A DNA stretch of 30,955 nucleotides, taken from positions 1 to 30,955 of the forward strand of contig NW_021832486.1 in assembly GCF_006345805.1 (NCBI RefSeq), written 5' to 3'. The stretch comes from Octopus sinensis. Taxonomy: Eukaryota. This document shows, one piece after another, positions 21,840 through 30,955 of the stretch. Numbering within the stretch: the first letter of the stretch is position 1; every line of letters begins with the position of its first letter. The notes beneath the pieces were generated by a model. That model was not told the DNA's origin. It was given only the letters and a program-made list of their open reading frames with translations, and did no database searches. Position numbers and translations under genes: made by a program.

Positions 21840-21960
21840 CATGATACTAACAATGATGTGATCATGATGGCAACAACGATGTCGATGATGATGATAAAGA
21901 CAACCATGGTGACAATATTGCTGCTGCTGCTGCTACTGCTGCTGCTGATGATGATGATGG
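21556..21960. repeat. (GAT)n-rich tract containing a ~130-bp segment duplicated at 220-bp spacing
   Basis: GGCAATAATAATTATAATGATAACAATGAT...GACATGATACT...GATAAAGACAACC begins at both 21561 and 21781. Confidence 0.85.
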
Positions 21961-22106
21961 GGGTGAATAGGCTTTCTTTAGCAGAGGCCCATATTAGAAA
22001 GTGGTTGCCTACTTCACATAAGACAATCGATTTGAGACAGAAAAGAATAAGAAATCCAAATAAGATTCTAGAATTTGTTTTTGTTAGTTTTTTTTTTTTA
22101 CTTTTT

Positions 22107-22351
22107 TACTTGTTTCACTCATTTGACTGCAGCCATGCTGGAGCACCGCCTTTAAGGGTTCTTTTAGTTGAAGAAATTGACCCCCCCCCATGATTTATTC
22201 TCTGTAAGACTAGTACTTCTTCCATTGGTCTTTTCTGCCAAACCACCAAAGTTACAGGGACGCAAACACACCAACATCGGATGTCAAGCAATGGTGGGGA
22301 GACAAACACAGACACAAAGACACACACACACACAAATATATGCATACATAC

Positions 22352-22391
<40 letters not shown>

Positions 22392-22539
22392 GACAGGCTT
22401 CTTTCAGTTTTGGTCTACCAAATTCCACTCACAAAGCTTTGGTTGGCCTGAGACTATAGTAGAGGAGACTTGCTATGCTGTAGGACTGAACCCAGAACCA
22501 TGTGGTTGGGAAGCAAGCTTCTTACCACACAGCCACACC
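22107..22539 (-). mobile_element. SINE family B, full length
   Basis: Reverse complement of family B; internal (CA)/(TA) tract expanded. Confidence 0.9.
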
Positions 22540-22799
22540 CAAAAATATCAAAGAGGGAGTTTAACACCCCAACTTGTTACCATGAATCCTCATGCTTACC
22601 CTGATCATATACCTCACGCCCATACTCAATCACTATACAGAAGGAATATATTTCTTGAAGGTGTTGACTTACCCATCATATTCTTCAGACTGGCTCTTCT
22701 ACATGCTGTAGCTTTTTATATTTACTCTTTACAAACCTAAGAATTATGGTTGTGTAGCTATTGATCTAACAACACACTAAATTGATGAAATTTTAGTTA

Positions 22800-23040
22800 T
22801 GTCCATTGGCTGACATCGACATATGTCGAGATTTCAACATCCACCACAAAGACTATTGATATTCTGTCAAAACAGACATCATTGGCAAATATCGTTGTGA
22901 TTTCTCCACATCATAAAACAAATTCATGTTGTTGATCATATTCTAAATGTAAGTAATCAAAACTGTAATCTACTAATGCTGTCCTTAACTACATCAGTCC
23001 CGTTAGTGAGGCTTCCCACCATCTTATCTCCTGCACAAAA
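22800..23040 (+). mobile_element. Possible highly decayed LINE apurinic-endonuclease fragment
   Basis: Frame from 22818 reads DICRDFNIHHKDY*YSVKTDIIGKYRCDFS, like the (C)GDFNxHHxxW motif of CR1/Jockey-type APE domains; many stops. Confidence 0.35.
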
Positions 23041-23547
23041 CACACATGTGCTTGCCTCAACTACTAGTTCAAGGTACTTCTACAATCCTCCCAGTTCTGT
23101 CATTCATTATGCCAATATTAATGATAGAAACCCAGTTTTTTCTGAAGCAGAAAAGAAGGAAGTGTCTGGCAGTGTATGTGGTGTGTTTGATGTCTATATC
23201 TACATCTGCAAAGAAGAGAGCTACTGCAATCGTTTGATTACATCCAGTTTGTTCAAACATGGCCAAATGTTCCCACCTAACCAATATGATACCTGATACC
23301 ATACACAGCACCAATGTGTGTGTTATAATGTGTATAATAAGTGCACTGTAATTCATGTTGTTCACATTTATTTTATCAAAACAGTTTCAATTATCCAACA
23401 TGGTGGGACAAAATCTATGTGACTCAGGCGAGAGATTTGATCTGCCATAACTTACCACCAAAAATATATACTTCTTGCTACTACTTTACTCTTGGAATAT
23501 AAATTTATTTAATTAAACACAAGGACAATTTATTTCATAACAAAACA

Positions 23548-23720
23548 AAGTGGTTCTCAACCAGGAACCGTATAAGATTTTTGGGGGTTCCATGTAACAA
23601 AAATGGCACACCGGGGATTCACAATAGTATTTTAAGGACCCCTGAAAAAATTTTGCTTTAGATGTATCTATTGGTATGTATTGCAAGAAACAGCTGGGTT
23701 TCTTTCTCCAAAAGCTAGGC
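23548..23720 (+). mobile_element. Possible hAT (Charlie-like) MITE left end
   Basis: Begins AGTGGTTCTCAACC, a typical hAT terminus motif; no matching right end seen. Confidence 0.4.
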
Positions 23721-23724
23721 TTCT

Positions 23725-24187
23725 TTCCGTTGTTTGAAATAATAAGGACACAGATCGTGTTGTATAGCCAGCTGGAGACGATGTCTCCTGGGACTAAATT
23801 ATGGCAACAGTCGTCCTAAACCAGGACTGCCATGTTATATTGGCAAACAATCTTTATTCCAAAGTACTGTTGCTAAATATCTCACGTTGTGAGGTTTAAA
23901 AATAGTAATTTTCTAATTTATAGATCAGTGACTAGTTGTCACTTTGAAATCTATATATTTCAAATGGGAATTTGGCAGCGCCACCTCTAGCCAAACAATT
24001 ATTCTGTGCTGATGAAGGGAAATATCCCAGAAATCACGATACACAGATATTGTTTTGAGGTGAATGGTGGTGCGAGATTCCCTTGTTCGAAAATATAAGG
24101 GCACTGATCATGTTGTATAGCCAGCTGGAGACGATGTCTCCTGGGGCTAAATTACAGCAACATTCGTCCTAAACCAGGACTGCCATG
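23725..24187 (+). mobile_element. Candidate non-LTR retrozyme / Penelope-associated element: 353-bp unit with 110-bp terminal redundancy
   Basis: Direct repeats 23725-23834 and 24078-24187 (11 mismatches in 110, no indels) bracket a hammerhead ribozyme motif. Confidence 0.6.
23993..24055 (+). ncRNA. Type I minimal hammerhead ribozyme motif
   Basis: Stem I UCUGUG(24003-08)/CACAGA(24042-47) plus AAACAAU(23993-99)/AUUGUUU(24049-55); core CUGAUGA(24009-15); stem II GGGA/UCCC with AAUA loop; GAAA(24030-33); 3-bp stem III; AUA cleavage triplet (24039-41). Atypical A.A pair at 10.1/11.1. Confidence 0.7.
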
Positions 24188-24209
24188 AATATGTGCATGT
24201 GGTTTTTAT

Positions 24210-24384
24210 TTTTGTTTGCCTCTTCCACCCCTATCCACTGCTTGACAACCAGTGTTGGTTTGTTTACATCTCTAACAAGTACCAAAGTTAATAAAATAAA
24301 TAGCGGGGGTCAATTTGTTTGACTAAACCCTTTAAGACAGTGCCCCAACATGGTCGCAGTCCAATGACTGTAAACACGTAAAAA
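24210..24384 (+). mobile_element. SINE family B, diverged 3' half
   Basis: CTGCTTGACAACCAGTGTTGG...GTGCCCCAACATGGTCGCAGTCCAATGACTG. Confidence 0.75.
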
Positions 24385-24769
24385 CAACAAAAAAAATTAA
24401 AATAAACAATAAACCTCAAGAATAAAAAGATAAGATCAATAGGAGACGCACAGACAGACAGTGGGAACGAGAGAAATATACGGTGAGAAATTAGCAAACG
24501 AAACAATGAAGACGGTTGCTGTAAGTCGTTTAGTGAAGTGTTTGAATGTTTTTGCCGACACCGATAGCTCTGACCCCCCACCCCCATCACCACCACCACC
24601 CCAGCTCTTTCATAAACTGATCAATAGGTTTATAGAGGGCAGCAGTGTCAGGGAGGAAAGAATAACAATGAGTACAAATACACAATTTTCCAAATAAACC
24701 ATATTCTCCTATTTTCATTGCATAACTTCACTTTTTTTTTTTTACTTTATTCTAATTTATTTTCTATCA

Positions 24770-24986
24770 CATATACACACATATATATGAATGTATGTAA
24801 ACATATATATATACATATATATATATATATACATATATATTTTATACACATTTTTATATATACATATTTATATATATATATATTATACATATTTATATAT
24901 ATATACATATTTATATATATACCTATTTATATATATATACATATTTATATATATACATATTATATATATATTACATATTTATATAT

Positions 24987-25038
<52 letters not shown>

Positions 25039-25109
25039 ATATATAATATATATATATATTATAATACATATATATATTATATAATATTACATATATATAT
25101 ATATATATC

Positions 25110-25178
<69 letters not shown>

Positions 25179-25324
25179 TATATACATCTATATATATATA
25201 TATATATACATATATACATTATATATATATATATATATATCCATATATATATATATATATATATAATGTATGTCTGTCATATATGTATATAATATATATA
25301 TATATACATATATAATATATATAC

Positions 25325-25356
<32 letters not shown>

Positions 25357-25427
25357 CTATATACATATACACACAATATATATATACATATATATACATA
25401 CATATATATATACATAGATATACATAC

Positions 25428-25459
<32 letters not shown>

Positions 25460-25532
25460 ATATATGTATGTATGTATATATATGTATATATATTATATAA
25501 TACATATATATATATATATACTATATATATAC

Positions 25533-25565
<33 letters not shown>

Positions 25566-25614
25566 CATATACACACATATATATATATACATATATATAT
25601 ACATATATATATAC

Positions 25615-25661
<47 letters not shown>

Positions 25662-25680
25662 TATGCGCATATATATAACA
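24770..25680. repeat. ~900-bp interrupted (TA)n/(TACA) microsatellite
   Basis: Direct reading. Confidence 0.95.
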
Positions 25681-26054
25681 TGCATACATATGATTACGTA
25701 TGTATAGGTATACATATTATTTTGAGCAGTAACCTTTTTTTGGTGTTCTGAACATTTTCTCCTGTCACTACAGCTTGCATAAACATTTTATGTTGCAAAC
25801 GGTTTTTGATAGAATATTGTTGTTGTTGTTATTGTTGGAACAGTTGTTGTTGTTTGTTTCAACAATAAACTATACAAAAATAAAATAATAAAATAAGAAT
25901 AAAAATAAAAGTTTTTCGAAAAATATGCTATTTTTCACTTGCAACTTGACAATTCATTTATCAAAAATGAAATTCTGTAATTAATTCATTTCAGATGGCA
26001 GTGAAAATTGACAGAATATAAATAAAATCGTTCCAAAGAGGGTTTTTATAGTAT

Positions 26055-26065
26055 ATCTCCATGTA

Positions 26066-26104
<39 letters not shown>

Positions 26105-26426
26105 GTATATAAATATATATATATACATATTTATATGCACATATAAATATACATATACACAGATATAAATATGTATGTGCACACATACACATATATATAT
26201 ATATATATATAACATATATGTATATATACATATATATATACACACATATATATATACACACATATATATATAAATATACATATATATATATAAATATACA
26301 TATATATATAAATACATATATAATATATACACACACATATATATATAAATATATAAATATGTATAGATATTTATATACACATATTTATATATATAGACAT
26401 ATGTATATATACACACATATATGTAC

Positions 26427-26461
<35 letters not shown>

Positions 26462-26490
26462 TGTATGTATGCATGTGTGTACGTATATAT
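26055..26490. repeat. (TA)n/(CA)n/(TATG)n compound microsatellite
   Basis: Direct reading. Confidence 0.95.
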
Positions 26491-26745
26491 GTAGGTTAAG
26501 AACTATTTCCCATTCGGGGGGGGGGTATTTTCATTCTTCCCCCATTTCCCCCTGCTAGTACCATTTCATCTGTGTTATAGTTAAAACTGAATATTTCTAC
26601 ATATGTTTGATTTCGGTTACAATTTTGGAAGGCAGGGGGTAGGGTAGGCCCTTCAAGCTAATTTCAATTTGTAATGTAGGATAACAACACTAGCTGCTAT
26701 TTTGTACAGCAAACTGCAGTTCCATACAATCACAGCAATATTATT

Positions 26746-26912
26746 AGCTGACAGAATTGTTGTTGCATCAGCATTTCTTCTAGTTTTATGTTCTGAGTTC
26801 AAACGCCAATGAGGTTGACTTTGCCTGTCGTCATTTGAGGGTCAATAAAATAAGTACCAATTGATACTTGTTCAAACCTGATGGCCTTGTGCCAAAATTT
26901 GAAACCATTATT
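26746..26912 (+). mobile_element. SINE family A, diverged copy
   Basis: GTTCTGAGTTCAAA...GAGGTTGACTTTGCC...GGTCAATAAAATAAGTACCA; tail GGCCTTGTGCCAAAATTTGAAACCATTATT. Confidence 0.75.
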
Positions 26913-26950
26913 GTTATTGTAATTGACTTACCCCCTTCCCCCACAAATTC

Positions 26951-27005
26951 CACCCATGCTAGCATGGAAAATGGACGCTAAACGACGATGATGATGATGA
27001 TGATG
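26951..27005 (+). mobile_element. Retroposon family C, extreme 3' end only
   Basis: CACCCATGCTAGCATGGAAAATGGACGCTAAACGACGATGATGATG. Confidence 0.75.
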
Positions 27006-27030
27006 TGCCTATAATAGAAAGGATTATTAT

Positions 27031-27042
27031 TATTATTATTAC

Positions 27043-27081
<39 letters not shown>

Positions 27082-27571
27082 CATTGAGTGAGAGAGCAGT
27101 GCATGCCATCAAAATTATACTGGGGTAAAATTATACAAAGCCCAGTCTACCCATCATGACTACCCGTCTGATAAGGGTACACCAGGCACATGCATCACAA
27201 CCATATGTGCGCGACATGGTGATCTCATATCAAGATAAACAGCGCATAACCTTGCAGAAGGGGCTCCATTTAGAATTTTCATCATGTCGAGTAGCCTATC
27301 CCACTCAAAAGGTCCCTGAATAAGAGTTGTTCAAGGATGTTGAACAAAACACCCCTGTTTCCAAAGGTGAAGTGTCCAAACCTCTAACAATCCGTCTCAA
27401 CACATGGCTATGATGCTCCCCCACTACTTCTGCTCGTGGTCAGAGATGCACATATCGTCAGCCACTAAGGGAGATGCTCAACTGGTTATGGTCAAACAAC
27501 TGACAAGCAAATCTGTGGTATTGAGCAGAATATTTGCTGTAGTCCATCTTTTATACCAAAACGAAACAATG
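27031..27571 (-). mobile_element. Retroposon family D with (AAT)n tail and 16-bp TSD, 5'-truncated
   Basis: Homologous to 8839-9371; flanked by TAGAAAGGATTATTAT at 27015-27030 and 27572-27587. Confidence 0.8.
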
Positions 27572-27628
27572 TAGAAAGGATTATTATAATTATTATTATT
27601 ATTATTATCATTATTATTAAGGTGGTGT

Positions 27629-27852
27629 TGGCGTTTGCTGGCAGAATTGTTCGCATGCCAGATGAAATGCTAAGTGGCATTTCGTCCCTCTTTATATTCT
27701 GAGTTCAAATTCTGCTGAGGTTGTCTTTGCTTTTCATCTTTTCAAGGTCAATAAATGAAGTATCAGGGAAATGCTGGGGTCGATGTAATCGACTTGCCCC
27801 CTCCTGCCAAATTTCAGGCTTCGTACCTTTAAGAGAAAGGACTATCATTATT
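27629..27852 (+). mobile_element. SINE family A
   Basis: GCTGGCAGAATTGTT head; TTCTGAGTTCAAATTCTGCTGAGGTTG core; tail AAATTTCAGGC...AGAAAGGACTATCATT. Confidence 0.8.
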
Positions 27853-27855
27853 ATT

Positions 27856-27988
27856 AAGGTTGCGAGCTGGTAGAGTCATTAGCATGCTGGACGAAATACT
27901 TAGCAGTATTTCGTCTGTCTTTACATTATAAGTTCAAATTCTGCCAAGGTCAACTCTACCGTTCATCCCTTCGGGGTCGTTAAATTAA
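27856..27988 (+). mobile_element. SINE family A, 3'-truncated
   Basis: GCGAGCTGGTAGAGTCATTAGCATGCTGGACGAAAT...CATCCCTTCGGGGTCGTTAAATTAA. Confidence 0.75.
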
Positions 27989-28036
27989 CCACCACCACCA
28001 CCACTGCTGCCACCACTACAACCATCATCATCTATC

Positions 28037-28459
28037 TTTGACTTGTGTCAGTTATTAGACTGTGGTGGCCATGCTGGGGCACCATGCTGGAAAGTTTTAG
28101 TTAAATTAATTAAGGCAAGTACTTATTTTTTTTAAAGCCTAGTATTTATTCTATCAGTTTCTTTTGCCAGACTGCTAAGTTATAGGGACATAAACACACC
28201 AACACCAGTTGTCAAGTGGTAGTAGGGAACAAACACACACACACACACACAAACAGACATACACACACATGCATGCACAAACACATAAGCACACGCATAT
28301 ACGACAGGCTTCTTTCAGTTTCCATCTACCAAATCCATTCACAAGGCTTTAGTTGGTTGAGATTATAGTAGAAAACACTTGCCCATGTTGCTGTACAGTG
28401 GGATTGAACCTGGAACCATGTGGTTGACAAAACAAACTTCTTACCACACAACCACACCT
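28037..28459 (-). mobile_element. SINE family B, full length
   Basis: Reverse complement of family B (GCCATGCTGGGGCACC...CAGTTGTCAAG...CTACCAAATCCATTCACAAGGC...TTACCACACA). Confidence 0.85.
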
Positions 28460-29147
28460 TCTGAGAAAGCACCTGTTTCTCAGAGTTGTAATACAAATGG
28501 CTGAGTATTCCTAATATCTACTTTGTCAATCCTGAAACTTAAAGATGCTTACAGAACTTGAACTTACGTATTGATGGAACTGGAACTAAATAATGGTAAC
28601 TATTTATTACGCCAACGTTACCAAATACTTGTGACTGTCAACTGTGAAACGGTGTTCTACAAATAAATGATTGTAGTTTTAGATATCTTCATTCACTCTC
28701 GCCCACTTTCTCCTCCAACCATTCCTACACCGCACCCACATTTAATATGGATAAATTCTTGAATTACAACCAGCTACAAAGCTGCTGGTACTGATTGCAG
28801 AATAATGCTGTCAAACTTCCTGAGGAAATCGTGAAACTAGGACGGAAGAGGGGTCAATTTTCGATTTGAGGTCACTGTTCCATACTTCAGTTAGCTGTCA
28901 TACATTGCCTTTTATTCCAGCAAATTAATTCATTCTTCTGTCCAATCAAATTCCTCATTTTGTTATGGCATTACATGACTTTCAGCAAACAAGAAAGCCA
29001 TTCTGACACGCGTTAGCCGATTCCAGTCTGCTTTGATGCTGTCATCACAGCTAAGCAATTGCTTTGTTTCACAACACAAAACAAATTCATAAACATAAAG
29101 CCATTCCTTCTCTTTGAACTTCTGAAGTTCCAAATTTTTATGGTTAT

Positions 29148-29250
29148 TTGGTTAGGATGTTTGCTTTGCAAGCATCTGGTTTCAGGTTCAGTCCCACAGC
29201 AGGGCAGTGTGGGCCAGTGTCTTCTGCTTTAACTTGAAACCAACCAATGC
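29148..29250 (+). mobile_element. SINE family B, 5' fragment
   Basis: GGTTCAGTCCCACAGCAGGGCAG...GTGTCTTCTGC...ACCAATGCC; truncated where the family C copy begins. Confidence 0.6.
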
Positions 29251-29622
29251 CATCATCATCGTCATCATCGTCGTCGTTTAACGTCCGCTCTCCATGCTGG
29301 CATGGGTTGGACGGTTCGACCGGGGTCTGGGAAGCCAGGGGCTGCTCCAGGCTCCAGTCTGATCTGGCAGAGTTTCTACAGCTGGATGCCCTTCCTAACA
29401 CCAACCACTCCGCGAGTGTAGTGGGTGCTTTTTATGTGCCACCTGCACAGGTGACAGGGGGTCCGGCATCGGCCACGATCGGTTGGAGCTTTTAACGTGC
29501 CACCGGCACGGAAGCCAGCCAAGGCAGCGCTGGCAACGGCCACGTTTGGATGATGCTTTTTATGTGCCACCGGCACTGGAGCCAGTCGAGGCAGCGCTGG
29601 CATCGGCCACATTCGGACGGTG
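29251..29622 (-). mobile_element. Retroposon family C
   Basis: CGTTTAACGTCCGCTCTCCATGCTGGCATGGGTTGGACGG...GGATGCCCTTCCTAACACC, with three (G)CTTTT.A.GTGCCACC subrepeats. Confidence 0.85.
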
Positions 29623-29739
29623 AGTGAATGTGGTAAACAAAAACCTCTCATGTGCATGTGTGTGTGAGTGTGTGCATGCATGCATGCGTGCATGTGCGCA
29701 TGCATTGTGCATGCAAATATTAATACTCCAAAGTATTAC

Positions 29740-30230
29740 TTGTCACCAGCTGAATGAAATGGTGATATGATGTTGACATTCCTTGTTGATGCTCTCAAGG
29801 GGTCACACTATAGCTTCCAAAACCTTCCTTTCCTTCCTTCATTCTGATCCCTTGATCATGTGGTCATTGAGGCATTTATTGATGCTGTTGCAGCCAAATT
29901 CCATCGTATCTCTTTGTTTTCTGCTGTCCTTTGTGAATCAGTGAAACTGAGGTCTGTCCACCCATTGCTGGTAACCCAGGCAATGACCAAACTGGTATGG
30001 GATCTGGTCCAATTGTCATCATCGTGAATATTTCATGGGCAAGTTGGCTTGGCAGCACCCATTCTTTTCAAAGCCACAACCATATTCTTCTGCCTGGGAC
30101 ACACCTTGGTGGTGAACACTAAGCCATTGACCCAAGCAGGTTCTTCTGACCAAGCCAGTGACTCCTTAGGAAGCCTTACCTGGAGTCTTTCATATACAGG
30201 TGTAGTATTAACACAATCGCCTGAAGTGAG
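29740..30230 (-). mobile_element. Possible decayed RTE-clade LINE fragment (region leading into RT)
   Basis: Minus frames give VYERLQ...KESL...VVALKRMGAAKPTCP (cf. YERLL...KESL...V.KAIK.MK.GKA.GP) and KVLEAIV (cf. KVLERVI); heavily degenerate. Confidence 0.35.
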
Positions 30231-30451
30231 GTGTTGGGATGTGGGGTTAGGCCTCATCAAATGAGAGATTAGAAGTTGAAAAAGGACCAGTGATGTCTGT
30301 CTGATCAATCATCCCAGACAAGGTAGAGCTGCCAGACACCGAAAGGTATTACTTCTATTCAAAGCCCCTTAGACCTGTGGGATAAGACCACTTAATTAGC
30401 ACTTGAGTTTTGGGGTGCCAGCATCAGATGCCTTAATAATAATAATAATAA

Positions 30452-30672
30452 TAATAATGGTTTAAAATTTTAGCACAAGGCCTGAAACTTTGAGGGAGGG
30501 GTGCTCGTTGATTACATCGACCCCAGTGTTCGACTGGTACTTATTTCATCGACCCAAAAGGACAAAAGGCAAAATCAGCCTAGGCAGAATTTGAACTCAG
30601 AACGTAAAGATGGACAGAAGGCTGCTAAGCATTTTGTCTAGTGTGCTAACGATTCAGCCAGCTCGCTGCCTT
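30452..30672 (-). mobile_element. SINE family A, full length
   Basis: Reverse complement reads GGCAGCGAGCTGGCTGAATCGTTAGC...GTTCTGAGTTCAAATTCTGCC...GGGTCGATGAAATAAGTACCAG...GGCCTTGTGCTAAAATTTTAAACCATTATT, with a (TTA)n tail on the element strand. Confidence 0.85.
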
Positions 30673-30879
30673 ATTACCATTAAATATAGTATGCAAAATA
30701 CTATAGAGAACGTTTTTTCTTGTCTTACAGACATTCAGCAACATGGCCACTCAGCCAGCTAGAAAGAGCAGCTGACTGTGCATCCCTCTCAAAACTATTT
30801 GAAATAAGAACACAAATGATAATGAAATTCTTGATAGTTATACATAGAAAGGGAGCAGTGGGGGGTTGATTGATTTTGA

Positions 30880-30955
30880 TCAGGGAGGAGGGAGAAATAA
30901 GGGAGAGGAGAGAGGAAGGAGAGGGGAGAGGAGGGAAAGGAGGAGAGAGAGGAGA
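30880..30955. repeat. GA-rich low-complexity tract
   Basis: Direct reading; it runs off the window end. Confidence 0.85.

Noticed and set aside
496-26499. Dozens of ORFs rich in YI/VC/HT, poly-I, poly-L, poly-M/H or F/L/S
   Set aside because: They are translations of (TA)n, (TG)n, (ATT)n, (GAT)n and the GA minisatellite, with no domain content.
28690-29130. Non-repetitive stretch with faint RTE-like words on the minus strand (LTEVWNSDLKSKI)
   Set aside because: Numerous stops and no diagnostic motif.

Overview
AT-rich, repeat-saturated eukaryotic non-coding DNA (intron or intergenic). The repeat landscape is long (TA)n/(CA)n/(ATT)n/(GAT)n/(TAG)n microsatellites, several tRNA-derived SINE families and decayed LINEs. 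It most resembles a cephalopod (Octopus) genome; this is inferred from my recollection of these repeats, not from a search. I found no convincing host-gene exon, and nearly all ORFs in the track are microsatellite translations or SINE read-through. Recognisable elements: the 3' end of a Tc1/mariner transposon (1-362), a CR1-type LINE 3' end, two decayed R4/Dong-like (RLE) retrotransposon fragments, TTAA-flanked piggyBac-type MITEs, about 30 SINE/retroposon copies in several families (labels A-F are mine) and several minisatellites. The most interesting signal is a type I minimal hammerhead ribozyme motif (23993-24055, + strand). It lies between two 110-bp, 90%-identical direct repeats exactly 353 bp apart, the layout expected for a non-LTR retrozyme or Penelope-associated element copied from a ~353-nt circular RNA. 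All analysis was by eye; no searches or folding programs were run.
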